A stretch of 63,404 nt of DNA, the filler included, from Octopus bimaculoides (lineage: Eukaryota), in assembly GCF_001194135.2 (NCBI RefSeq). It is 12 parts of 11 records of this genome, joined end to end, with 100 filler letters (N's around TTAATTAATTAA, not from the genome) between each part and the next. Parts side by side here need not be neighbours in the genome. Positions count along the whole stretch, not along the records: positions 24,683 to 27,042 come from NC_069003.1; positions 27,143 to 38,762 come from NC_068983.1; 10 more parts are not named here. One strand, given 5' to 3'. This document shows positions 26,210 through 38,235 of this stretch, one piece after another. Under the pieces are notes generated by a model, which saw only the letters and a list, made by a program, of their open reading frames with translations, made no database searches and was not told the origin of the DNA. The translations under genes and the position numbers were made by a program. Position 1 is the stretch's first letter. Every line of letters starts with the position of its first letter.

Positions 26210-26966
26210 AGATGGCCGGTCGCTCAACTGTTCAGGAGCGAGCTATGATAGGAGCACGCTATGAAGTGTGGAATTCAATTGTTTTGGCGTGCATGGAAAG
26301 GTAAGCATGCAACACTACGCCCGGAGAGAATAAAAAGTTGTCATGCAAAGCTGATGACCATGGGCTCTGTGAAGGATGCAAAAAGAAGTGGCCATCCAAC
26401 CACATCCCGATCAGTGGCGAACGTAGCAACAGTGTTGGAAATGTTTAATCGCAGCTTACAAAAATCAACACGTCAAGCGGCTCGTGAAAGTGGACTAACA
26501 AGACACACATTACGTACTTGTTGCATAAAGAATTGAATTTTCGTCCATGGAAACCCTATTACGTGCAGGAGCTAAAGCCCGAAGACTGTGACTGCAGAAG
26601 TCCAGAAGTCCAGAAGTCCAGAAGTCCAGAAAGTCCAGATCTCACTTCATGTGATTTTTACCTGTGGAGTTACACAAAAGAGGAGTTGTACAAGACAAAA
26701 CCTCGCACACTGGCGGACTTGGAGACACGGATTCAGGAGGTTCTCAATGATATCCCAGACGACGTCTTTCAGAAAGCCGTTCATTCCATCCCCGGTCGTT
26801 TGGGGGAAACCGGTTGACGCCATCGGTGCTTACATTGAAATATGAAGATTTACTTTCATTTTTGCATGTGATAAAGAACATGTATCATTTATTTCAATAA
26901 ATTTGTAAAAAGGAATATGGATTTTATTACCAATTTTTAATGCCTACTTACTTTTCACTCACCCTG
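26210..26966 (+). mobile_element. Internally deleted Tc1/mariner-superfamily transposon, probably rosa/DD41D type
   Basis: N-terminal HTH region (GSVKDAKRSGHP, RSLQKSTRQAARE) is joined directly to C-terminal SPDLTSCDFYLW; catalytic core missing. Right end ...CACTCACCCTG is a CAGGGTG-type TIR; left TIR not found. Confidence 0.8.
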
Positions 26967-27007
26967 TGTGTGTGTGTGCGTGTGTGTATATATATATGTA
27001 TATATAC

Positions 27008-27042
<35 letters not shown>

Positions 27043-27142
27043 NNNNNNNNNNNNNNNNNNNNNNNNNNNNNNNNNNNNNNNNNNNNTTAATTAATTAANN
27101 NNNNNNNNNNNNNNNNNNNNNNNNNNNNNNNNNNNNNNNNNN

Positions 27143-27369
27143 ACATACATGCAAACACACACATACATACATATGCACACACACACACATATATACACAC
27201 ACATGCACACATACATGCGTACATACATACACACACACTGAGACATACGCATGCACAAAAACAAAAAAAAAGAAAAGCAAAAACAGAACGCAACATGAAT
27301 AACGGACAGAGTCAGGACTATTGAAAAGGTTGCAAGACGCAACGAAAATTTTAGGAAAATAAAAACAAT
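27143..27369 (+). repeat. Unclassified dispersed repeat, also at 38430-38625
   Basis: AACAGAACGCAAC..AAATAACGGACAGAGTCA...ATTGAAAAGGTTGCAAGACGCA.CGAAAATTTTAGGAAAATAAAAA is shared by both loci. Confidence 0.8.
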
Positions 27370-28596
27370 NNNNNNNNNNNNNNNNNNNNNNNNNNNNNNN
27401 NNNNNNNNNNNNNNNNNNNNNNNNNNNNNNNNNNNNNNNNNNNNNNNNNNNNNNNNNNNNNNNNNNNNNNNNNNNNNNNNNNNNNNNNNNNNNNNNNNNN
27501 NNNNNNNNNNNNNNNNNNNNNNNNNNNNNNNNNNNNNNNNNNNNNNNNNNNNNNNNNNNNNNNNNNNNNNNNNNNNNNNNNNNNNNNNNNNNNNNNNNNN
27601 NNNNNNNNNNNNNNNNNNNNNNNNNNNNNNNNNNNNNNNNNNNNNNNNNNNNNNNNNNNNNNNNNNNNNNNNNNNNNNNNNNNNTATTTACTATAAAATT
27701 AATTAGTTCATATATGAGTAGTGTCCCTTTAGTATCACACAAAAATCAATAAAAATTTGAGAATTAAAATTAAATATATTATTTTTTCTAATGGATAAAA
27801 TTTTATGAAACCTTTACCAATATATTCCTTTAACATTTCTCTTTGATATTAATGTCAATATAATAATTCTTGATAAAAATTAAAAGAATGGTGTGGATTC
27901 AAAGTGTCGATGTCGGGTGTTACTACCCATCAGTCAACCAGTTTGGTCTATATATTTTTTTCTCTTAACTTTTGTTCTACTGCACCAGATTTTAAGTATT
28001 TTATGTCTAAATGTAGCTTATGATGAGTCAAACATAATTCAAAAGACTAAATTTGATTTTGATTAAAACTGAGTAAATGAGACTGCTTGGAAGATGCCGG
28101 CTGCAACAAAAAAGCTACATTAAGAATATTATTCAACGATAAAATAAAATAAATGATTTATGAGTGCTTTGTTCATGTGTTGTTTCTGTCAGACTCTCAG
28201 AATAATGAAACCAAATCAGACATGACCTATAGATGTGAGATGCCCAAGTGGATAAAGTATTGAACTATCAACTCATAGGCAATGAGTTAAAATCTAATGC
28301 TGACATTGTGTAGTTTCTCAACAAGATCCTTAACTTTGCATTCATATACTGTTAACCCGGCTGTTTGAAGTATGTACCAGATCATATGTTATCTTTAATA
28401 GGACAGATTTATTTCCCATACCATGTAACTTAAGAACAAACCAACCCTTTAAAGTTCTTTGAAGTTTAGGAAACATTTACATTACATTTTACACACTATG
28501 TACACCTGGAGCTTTTACTGTCTACCATTCTACTACATTTACACTTGAAATATGCATACTTTTTATCATTAAGTGTTTTCTTCTCTAATTAAACAG

Positions 28597-29288
28597 GTTT
28601 CAAACAGAGTCATGTTAATGACAATATCATAACATCATTTGAGGGAAATGTTTCATCTGAAGATAATTTACCTGCCTGTTCCAATAACACATCAAACTCT
28701 GGAGAATCTGACTTCATAGATAATGAGAAGACCACTCATCATCCAAAAAAAGATGCTAAAGTGTCAAGTTCTTGGCAGCAGATTTTGCCAGGTGATTACA
28801 GAGGTGCCTGTCAAAAGACACCAGTATCCTGTCTGTCAGAGAAAGAAGATAATATCATGGTAGGACCCATAGTTCCAAGCTCACAAAAGAGTAAACTGTC
28901 AACATATAATGTTGAAGAAAGTTCATCAACACCTCATAAAGAGCACAAAATAATTGGCCCACAGCGTTCTAATATGAACACTATTGAAATGAAAGTTTCT
29001 GCATGCTCCTCATCTGACACTTTCAACAATGAACCTTTTCCTGATGCAAACCAAAGCAGGTGTGCCAGTTCATATGATGCTTTTGGACCAGCATTACCCC
29101 CTGATTTAATCAAGGCCAAAGCAAAAGATAATTGTTCTGTAAGTGAGAAACCATCAACTTTTGTGGAAGATTTTTCCTTAGTTGGCCCTCTTCCTTCTGA
29201 AATGTTCCAACAAGGAATGAAAGATGAATCAATATCAGATGATATTGAAAAAAGATCTTTTCACATGAAAGACAAACTCACAAAGAAG
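28597..29288 (+). CDS. GPALPP1: GPALPP motifs-containing protein 1 homolog, internal exon
   Basis: Acceptor AAACAG| at 28596, donor AAG|GTACAG at 29289, open throughout. FGPALPPDL, VGPIVP and VGPLPS motifs; end DIEKRSFHMKDKLTKK resembles the recalled human EFEKRAQRMKEKLTKG. Other exons not found. Confidence 0.8.
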
Positions 29289-29699
29289 GTACAGATTTTT
29301 TTTTTACTTTCATTATACTCTGTCCTTTGCTTTGGCATGGTATCATGTTTTGTTTTTACCTCCTTGTTTTTTTCTTTATCTCAGTTACTTTTTGTCACTA
29401 GCTCCAGCTTTTTTTGTACAAACAATTTGGAATGGCTTTTGCATGCAAAACCTGTTGTAGCAATAAGCTTTCTGGTGACTTAAGATTTGGTACTAAAAGC
29501 AAACACATTTATAGTGAGAAAGGGAGAGATTAAAATACATTAAAATTGAACCCAATTAGCATAAACATGTTCACATTCCATGTAATGCATACACATACAA
29601 ATATTAGGTCATCCCATAAATAAAGCAGTTTTTTTAATACTTCTTTTATCTTTCAAAATTAAGATAAACAAAGTTCTTTTTTTTAATCTAAAATATACT

Positions 29700-30170
29700 C
29701 TCCTTCATTTTCTAGAAAATTGAACAAAGATGTTCAATTTTCTTCTAGTGCTGACTTGAATGACTAGTTGAATGACCAAATCCAAGCTTCTCTGCTAGTT
29801 CCTCAAGTTACGATGGGATTTTGTTTCACCAGAGTTTGCAGGACGTCCTGTTGAGCTCTACAGATCTTCTAGGTTGTAGTTTCTGGCTTGGAATTTCTGG
29901 AAACACCGTTGACACTAGCTTATGCTTATTGTCCGATCCCCATATACTGCATTAATATTCCTCGCACTTTCCGTTGTGTTGTTGCCTTTATTGAACACAT
30001 AAAGCAAAATATGCTGTATATGTTCCTTTGTTACTTCCATTATAGCTTTGAAAAAATAATTGCACTCTTCAAAACTTGCACTAAAAATAAGTACAAGGTA
30101 AAATTACTACTTGCTTTCATAGCAAGTTGATGTAGGGAGTTCATCTCATCCACACACACCACTAACTTTT
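29700..30170 (-). mobile_element. Mariner transposase N-terminal relic
   Basis: Minus strand gives HILLYVFNKGNNTTESARNINAVYGDRTIS...FQKFQARNYNLED...EELAEKLG. Confidence 0.8.
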
Positions 30171-30866
30171 AGTTCATGCAATTGAAAAAACCACATTATT
30201 TATGGGATGACCCAATATTAAAACTATTTGAAATTGAACAGGTATAGAGTTATTTCTCTTGGCATATAAATTTCCGTCAAAATATTTTTTCATAAAATTA
30301 AGATTTTAAATGTAGCTTTATGTAATTTTTCATATGCAATTATAAACCAGGTTCCACAGATACTGTTTTTAAAACTAAGAACAGTTTTATATATTCTGTC
30401 TACATCTCTATTTTGAGCATAGTTCATGCATAACTTGTAAATGTTCACAGATTGATTCCAGTGTGCAAGTGCCTTTTACTATAATCTCAGCTTAATTAAT
30501 ACTTTGTGAGTAGTGTTCGATAAATGAAAAATCTGCAGAAGCCTGTTGTGTGTGTGTAGTGAATTACTGTTTTTCAGTGATAAGAACTCACTTGTTTGAC
30601 CAGTTGAATGACTTGCTCCTGAATTAATGTGTAAGTGACTGAGCAACATAATTCTCAAGCAGAATTAGTGTGTCACAGAATTCTACCTGTTGAATTACTG
30701 ATACAATCCAGCTGACTGATTTCTATGCAGATTTCATTTACCCAGTTTCATTCATTAAGTGTGGATTGAACTGAGACTATAGAAAATGACATTTGTTGAA
30801 GATGTCACATGATTGGATCAAATATGGAACTTAGTTGTTGCAAAGCAAACTTCTTAAACATTTGTA

Positions 30867-31718
30867 CAAGGTCTGATCAATAAGCATCCAGACTGTTGCC
30901 ATAGTAATGAAGCTTAAACATGCAGAGTGAAGTCGCTTGGCAAAGATTGACCATGATCTCTGCTGTGCATGCACACTAAGTTTTAATTTCTAGCTCACTT
31001 CTGCTGTTTACAGCAGTGCTTGGAAGGAAAGTGTATAACGTGTGATCATCGCATTGACCACAGTAGTGAAAGTTGTCATGGCGATACCTGCTCAGAGGCC
31101 TATGCAAAGTTGCAGAAAGTGTATGGGGATGAGTGTATTAGCCGCACACAAGTGTACGAGTAGTTCAGACATTCCCAAGATAGCCAAAAAAATGTCAATA
31201 ATGACAAACGTTCTGGGAGACCTGCAACCAGCAGAACTGAGAAAAACATTGCAGATGTGCATGCAGCTGTGAGGGGAAATCATTGAATCATCATCCGTGA
31301 GTTATCAGAGGATGTGCAGATTAATTACAGTTCTGTTTAGTCCATTATCACTAAAGATTTAAGTATCAGAGATGTGTCTGCCAAGTTTGCGTCAAAACTG
31401 CTTTCATCTGACCAAAAATACACTCAGGTTTCAGTTGCACAAGATCACCTTGATTGTGCTGAGAACAATGAAAAATTTTTGAAAACTTTGCATAGACCTC
31501 TGAGCAGGTATCACAAAGCTTTTGGCAAAATTTTGTGCAGATTCTCTGCTCAACTTTCTCTGCCATGGTCAATGCGACAATCACACACTACACACCTTTC
31601 TTCTAAGCACTGCTGTAAACAGCAGAGTTGAAGGTCAATCTGTGCCAAGCAGCTTCACTCTGCATGCTTTAGCTTTGTTACTATAGCAACAGTCCGGATA
31701 CTTATTGATCAGACCATG
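30867..31718 (+). mobile_element. Non-autonomous mariner derivative whose right end is an inverted copy of its left end
   Basis: TA on both flanks. Termini CA(A/T)GGTCTGATCAATAAG(C/T)ATCC(A/G)GACTGTTGC are inverted, and the inverted similarity extends past 200 bp into the transposase start. The middle encodes only the mariner HTH region. Confidence 0.88.
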
Positions 31719-31989
31719 TATGTCTTTGTGTGTGCACACATGCATGTAAGTATATGTGCGCATATGTTAATAATGGTCTAAGAGCAGCTAAATTGAAGAA
31801 TATAATTCAAAACTAAAATACATGTTAAATACTTCAGTCAATATGTTTGACTGAAACCCTTGAAGGTGGTACCCCAGCATAGCTACCATCCAATGATTGA
31901 AACCAGAAAAACAAATATAGGAAAAGACATTTTACTTCAATATAATAGGTTCTCTCTAGTACAATGAATTGCCAGTTGTCTCAGTCCTT

Positions 31990-32660
31990 TGTCATATCTT
32001 TCATGAGGCTCAGCATCTTCACTACTTCATCTCATATCTTACTGGCTCTCCCTCTTCTACAACTTACAGCCACTGTAGATGACCAGCACTTATTTATACA
32101 GCTGTTCTCATGCATACACATTACATGACCAAACTGGTGCAGTCTTCTTTCTTGCACAATACATCTTATTCCTCTTATGCCCAATTTTTTCTCATGTACA
32201 AGAGTATTATCAGTAAGGTTAGAGTTAGCCACAAGTACAATGATGAATTTAGAGTACAGGTAGAAGTTCACCATGATTCAGTTTTCAGTCTATTCCTATT
32301 CATCATTGTCATCCAGGCTATAGCAGAGAAATTTAAGACTGGCTGCACCCGGCTGATAACTTCATTTTCATAGTAGACCCTGTAATAGAATTAGTAAAGA
32401 AATTCCAGGTGAGGAAACAAATCCAGGAATCAGAAGGCCTTAAAATTAACTTAAGACCAAAGTTCTAGTTAGCAAGAAAACAGACACATGACTCTATCCA
32501 TTTCATGTAAATGACCTTGCTCAACATGTAGGAAAGGTGTAGGCATAAATTCCATGTAGTGTACCCAGTGCAAGCTGTGGACACACGAGACGCAGTGGAA
32601 TCACAAGTAGTTTAATGGAGAAAGTGGTTTTTGCATGTGAATGATGTGCAAGAGCAATAA
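31990..32660. mobile_element. RTE LINE fragment with an internal inversion
   Basis: Plus strand 32194-32660: MYKSIISKVRV...VHHDSVFSLFLFIIVIQAIAEKFKTGC (RT core). Minus strand 32193-31990: EKKLGIRGIRCIVQERRLHQFGHVM (RTE C-terminus). Confidence 0.8.
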
Positions 32661-32934
32661 ACATTAAGGGGACATGAAAAATAGATTTTTGTGAATGTCC
32701 TGGAAGTTCCTGAGACTGGTACTACCTGCAGCATTCTGAAGACAAAAATAATTCTGTGTGAAAGGAAAAATAATAATAATAAGTCCATTTAGCGGATTTA
32801 GAAGACAAAAATAATTCTGTGTGGAAGAAAAAAGTATCAGAAATGCATTACTCTGCACAGAAACTGCAGGAGCCACTTGGAAGTTTTGAAAGCTCTTCTA
32901 AATCCATTGCAATGCTGGAAACCCTTTCATATCA

Positions 32935-33245
32935 GCATGTATGTCAAGGTCGCAAGTGTTTCACCCCTTAGCCTGTACACTTCACCCGTGGGGCAGTGAG
33001 GACTGTGCTAATCCTCAGCTACAGAAGGGTTCCATTTGCAGTCTCTTATCGACCATAGTTATCTTGAGCTAGTTTTAGCTGCCATGCCTGTTTCCTTGAT
33101 GGCTTTCTTCAGTTGTCTGGGTTCCATAGCAGACTGATCTAGATGGAAAGCCACAGCAGCCAACTTCAATAGGGAATGAGGTTGCATGCCAGTCCCTGAC
33201 AAGGGCTTCACCAACTACTATATTTCCCAGCATCGAATATGCTAC
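32935..33245 (-). mobile_element. HERO/NeSL-like RLE non-LTR 3' relic
   Basis: Frameshifted RDWHATSFPIEVGCCGF and KAIKETGMAAKTSSR*LW resemble the recalled HERO-type W.A.C.PIEVGCRGF...AIK...EAAE.ASRWLW. Confidence 0.6.
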
Positions 33246-33889
33246 TTTTTTTCCTAAAATTAATCTAAAAAATCTACCATGCGTCCTGGAGGCCAAAGGT
33301 TGCATTTTTCATAAGCATATCCTAACCCCAGATGAAAATTATCTATGCTAGACAGTAATCTGAACCCCTGTATATGACCACTCAGTGAAGTGTATAGATT
33401 ATACTTTGTTAAAGTAGTAAATAAACAAGAGTATAATATCATAAAAATTTTTTTAAATATACATTATTACATAAATCCATTCCCATATGGGCAGTGTAGG
33501 TTAGACGAGGCAACTGACAAGTGATATTTTTACATATATATCTATATTGCCAGTATTGTCACTCTCTTCAAACAACCTGACTTTAAGAGAAAATTATTAA
33601 ATGAAGAAAGAAGTAAAACTATGGTATGTTATTAATAACAATACTATTAGTATTAATAGTATTAATAACAATACTATTGTAATCACTTACTCACTTTCTG
33701 GGATGAAACATGTTGCGTTTGGTCATCACTTACTCACTCTGTGATGAAACATGTGTTCAGACAGCAACATAGGCTTCCTCCTTGATCTCTGAAAGCCATG
33801 GTCTTAACCAGTTCAAACCTGGACCTACTGACGTTAGAAATGATCCACAACTTCAGAAGATTTTACTTAAAATTTTTAGCACAACCATT

Positions 33890-35085
33890 ATTATGGCAAC
33901 TTCAAGCAGGAGATACTCTTACACAATCGACTACAAGCTAAAAGTGATTGAATATGACAACAGGGCTGCAGAAAGGTATTTTGGAGCACTGCCAACTGAG
34001 AAAATGATCAGCTAATGGAAGAAACAAGAGGACCTGTTGAAGCCTACATCAAGACTTAAACATAACCTGCATCAGACTGCAGCTAAGTGGCCAGAACTGG
34101 AGCAAGAGATGAAGGAGTGGATAGTTGCGGAGAGAAATTCAGGTCTTACAGTATCAATAAAAATGATCTATGAAGAGGCATGGACTGGCAATGAGAATGA
34201 AAACAAGAATAGCACAAAACATGCCTGGAGATTATGATAACAAAATAATCGATTTTTCACAGATTCATAATCAGTGCAAGAAAAGAGACTGACTACGAAC
34301 TGGGTCAGATCAGAAACATGGACGAGGTACCACTAACATTTGATATGGTATCAAATAGAACAGTTGATGTTAAAAGGTCCAAAATCATAAGTGTAAAGAC
34401 ATCTGGACATCAGAAAACCCATTATACTGGGGTACTATCGTATTGTGCTGATGGAGCAAAACTGCTGCCGCTGCTTATTTTCAAAAGAAAAACTTTACCA
34501 AAAGACAAAATTCCACATGGAACTTTTGTTCACATCCACCCAAAGGGGTGGATGGATGAAGAGGGAGTAAAGTTATGGCTAGATAAGATCTGCTCAAGGC
34601 GTTTGGTGGCCTCCTTACAAAAACCATCCCTTCTTGTGTGGGACCAGTTTTGTGCCCACAAAACAATGGTTATTAAAGAAAGGGTGCAGAAATTGAAAAC
34701 GAAAATGGCAGTTTAACAAACCAGTTACAACCACTGGATGTATCAATCAACAAGCCTTTTAAGGCATTTATGAAAGAAGAGTGAAATCAGTGGATGAGAG
34801 CCAAGGACCAGGTCATTTAAAAAGGCCAACAATTGCTCAGGTGTGTGAGTGGGTCCTGAAATCATGGAATGCTGTGAAAATTGAAGTAGTAGTAAAATCT
34901 TTTTTAAAATGTGGCATCAGTAATGCATTAGATGGCACAGAAGATGTCATTCTGTTTGAAGATAGTGACACTTCGAACAGTATTGATGACCCTGATGATT
35001 TTTCTGGTTTCGGGGCTATGGATGACTGCATTCAGTTTTCAGATTTAAAGAGTGAAATATTTTCCTTATACTCGATTGTATAATA
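33890..35085 (+). mobile_element. Degenerate pogo-superfamily (POGK/Passer-like) DDE transposase
   Basis: RRYSYTIDYKLKVIEY, AKWPELEQEMKEWI, MDEVPLTFDM, PKGWMDEE, LLVWDQFCAH, QPLDVSINKPFK and FLKCGISNALDG, with stops and frameshifts. Confidence 0.9.
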
Positions 35086-36639
35086 TTTGCACCCTTTTTA
35101 ATATTTTTTTCATTGTAATTTAATTGTAATGTTTGTTTTGTCATCTCCATGTGAAATTTTTACAAATGGTAATAACGCAAATATTTTCAGTATTTGAAGA
35201 TTAAAATATATTTTCTTATTTGTAATATTTCAACTGTGCAGATTTTAATCTATGTTTTGTTTTTATTTTGTTCTATTTGGGATGTCATTGCTTGTGTGGT
35301 ACTTCTATAAATGGTAGCAATAAGCAAAATATTTTCAGGATTTTATAATTGAAATGTTTTTATTGTGTAGATTTTACTGTAATCTTTATTTTATTTTTAT
35401 TTTGCTCTATCTTAGATGTCATGTTCATGTATTTTTACAAAGCGCAATAAAATGTTATTCTGTATTTCTCACAATAATTTTCCTATTGTGAAGTTTAATT
35501 TTTCCTTTGTCTGGGACTAAAGAAAGTACCAAAACATCCAATACTACCAAAATCTTAAAATATTGCACCAGTTGTAGCCCTGTTCACTTGCATGAACCGA
35601 GACACTATTGACCAAGAACCTTCCTGACAAAACACATGAAGAAATACATGGGCCAAACAGTGAATAATCGAACTGGAGTATTGTAGTGCAGGGGTGGATC
35701 CAGAAATTTCTCATGAAAGTTGGGTCTGAGGTCATATATAAATCAATTGATCAATGAAATGACAGTGTAATATGTACAGAGATCCTGATAAAAATCATTT
35801 TTATACTGAATCCTTCAAGGGTTGTTTGTTGCTGGTATAAAAATATGCTTTCCATCATACATATTTAAACAAAACAGTCAAATTTAAAAGTTTCTTGGTT
35901 GGTGGTCAGGGTGCCCCCCCCCCATCTCTCCCTCTGAATCCATCCCTGTCGTAGTGTAGTTTCAGTATTACAGTGGGTACATAATGGTAAGCATAAACTT
36001 TGAGAGTAAACTTACCATACCATGTCTTTGTACTGACAGCCCCACAAAACAAATTGGTAAGGGAGGTGAGTGTTGCCCTTTGTTAGTTTTAAAGACGTGA
36101 GTGTGGGGTCACAACAGGAGACAGTCATGGTTAGCCAACAAAAAGGATAGAGCAACTAAGTCTTAGATGAACAGCCAAAATAAATGCTAGGAACATTTTA
36201 AGTGGCATGCTGAATTTGTATATATTTATTTTATTATAAATGCAAAACAACAGCATGGAAGAATCGACATAAGCTTAAATAGGAAACTGCAATAGGTGAA
36301 TTGCGATATGGCGAGGGTTTACTGTATATATATATATTTATTTATATATATACGTACACATGAATGTGTGTATGGACGCGTGAATATATCTATAAATATA
36401 TTGTCATTATAAGGATGAAATTGTCTATAAACATATAATATAAATATATTATTATTATAAGACGAGGTGCTCAGAAAAAGGAGAATATACTAAAAAATAA
36501 TAATCTTGTCATATCTTCAGTTGGCTGCAAAAGCAAAAAGTACTTACCTTCAGTTCCTTCTGTTCGTGACAGGAAAGAAAAATAGATAAAACAAAACAAT
36601 TCAAACCTCCAATTTACATAGTTTCATCAATCAATAATG

Positions 36640-37020
36640 ATCACGGTCCAAGCATAATGAACCAGCACAAACCACATCGAAAGCTGAATGGAATCAAAAT
36701 GGTCATGCTGTCAATTTGGTGGTATTTCAAAGGTGTTGTGTATTTCTAAGGAACCAAACGATCAGTTCAGATGTTTGCTATCAACAACTAATGAAACTGG
36801 AAGAAGCAATCATAAAAAAATGGCCACAATTGACAAATTATAAAGGAATCGCATTTCACCATGACAGTGCTAGACCACACATGCCTTTGCTAACTCATGA
36901 AAAATTATTGCTGCTTGGTTGGGAAGTGATGTCATATCCACCATCAAATTACCATTTATTTAGAAGTTTACAAAATTTTTCAATGATGATGACCTGAAAT
37001 CACACTTGCTTCAGTTTTAG
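36640..37020 (+). mobile_element. Mariner (DD34D) catalytic-domain relic
   Basis: VMLSIWWYFKGVV, FHHDSARPH and LGWEVMSYPP. Confidence 0.85.
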
Positions 37021-37394
37021 GCTGATAATTCAATAATACTATAAAATATTACACATTCAATAATACTATAAAAAGTGACAAATCCTCTCAATAAAAATTA
37101 AATCTGGAGAATCTACTAGAATAGATGCAAGCACTAATTTATAAAATCATATGATATATTAATAAAAATCTGTAAATGTACAACCATCTGAGTACCTTAT
37201 TATTTTTTCTAATATATAATTCCTGTACATCACCTCCAAACCTTCTAATATATATANNNNNNNNNNNNNNNNNNNNNNNNNNNNNNNNNNNNNNNNNNNN
37301 NNNNNNNNNNNNNNNNNNNNNNNNNNNNNNNNNNNNNNNNNNNNNNNNNNNNNNNNNNNNNNNNNNNNNNNNNNNNTTGCCATTACATTTTTAA

Positions 37395-37640
37395 TCAACC
37401 AAATATGAACCATTTTGTTGCATAATGCGTCTCCATCTTTCCTTTAAACTTGAAAATACCCTTTTCCCAGAATTGAGGTAGTTTCATGGCAAAGAATTCA
37501 TCAAGGTATCATTTTATGTCATCCAAGGAATTGAAATATTTGCCATTAAGACTATTCTGCAGAGACCTGAATAAGTGGAAATCCAAAGGAGCAATATCTG
37601 GTGAATATGGAGGGTGGGGTAACACATCCCAGCCGAGCTG
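37395..37640 (-). mobile_element. Mariner C-terminal relic
   Basis: WDVLPHPPYSPDIAPLDFHLFRSLQNSL...FWEKGI...QNGSYLVD. Confidence 0.88.
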
Positions 37641-38048
37641 CTTTGTGTCTCGTGGGATTTTTTTTATTTTTTATGTATGTGTGTATATGTATGCATGCAT
37701 GTACCTCTGTCTCCTTATGTTTGCATGTCTGAGTGTGTGTGTGCGCGCGTGTGTGCTTTGCTGCTATGTACCATGTTTGCATGTATGGGTGCACATCTTC
37801 ATATGTGTGGACAAATGTGTGTGTATATGTGGCCATGTGTTTCAGTCTCTATTTGCGTATGTGGTTGTCTGTTCATATGCCCTATGTACCTACTCGTCTG
37901 TATGTAGACTTGTTGGTTTACATATACATACATGTGCATGCACACACACACACACCCACACCCACAGACATACATACATTTATCTGCATAAAAACCCATC
38001 AACTGTTCTACTTTACCTGTGTAAAATGTGGGTATGGGGGTATGATAT

Positions 38049-38235
38049 CTATGTATATTTCCTATTTAGTATTGGGGAAGTTTCATTTATAAGGACGTAC
38101 TCCCGTATTTGTCTTAGAGTTGGGTCTTTTGGGTGCTTGGATAAGATGCGGATGTCAAGTTGACCCAAGTTGCCTCCATGCTGGTCTTTGGCATGTTGGT
38201 AGAGTATGGAGGACTGTTTTTTGTTGTCATATTGT
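38049..38235 (-). mobile_element. Penelope-like GIY-YIG endonuclease C-terminal fragment
   Basis: ILYQHAKDQHGG...ILSKHPKDPTLRQIREYVLINETSPILNRK resembles the PLE endonuclease H....H...R.I.E...I......LN.K pattern. Confidence 0.5.

Noticed and set aside
9429-29288. Gene cluster of the unknown exon, esterase and GPALPP1
   Set aside because: They lie on different contigs separated by synthetic spacers; linkage cannot be inferred.
36290-36324. Tigger-type terminal sequence as the right TIR of the pogo element at 33.9-35.1 kb
   Set aside because: No matching left TIR found; probably an unrelated fragment.
37486-38163. 225-aa ORF and the many CVCV/THTH/YIYI/VGWL/poly-I/poly-N ORFs
   Set aside because: Produced by stop-free microsatellites and antisense TE fragments.
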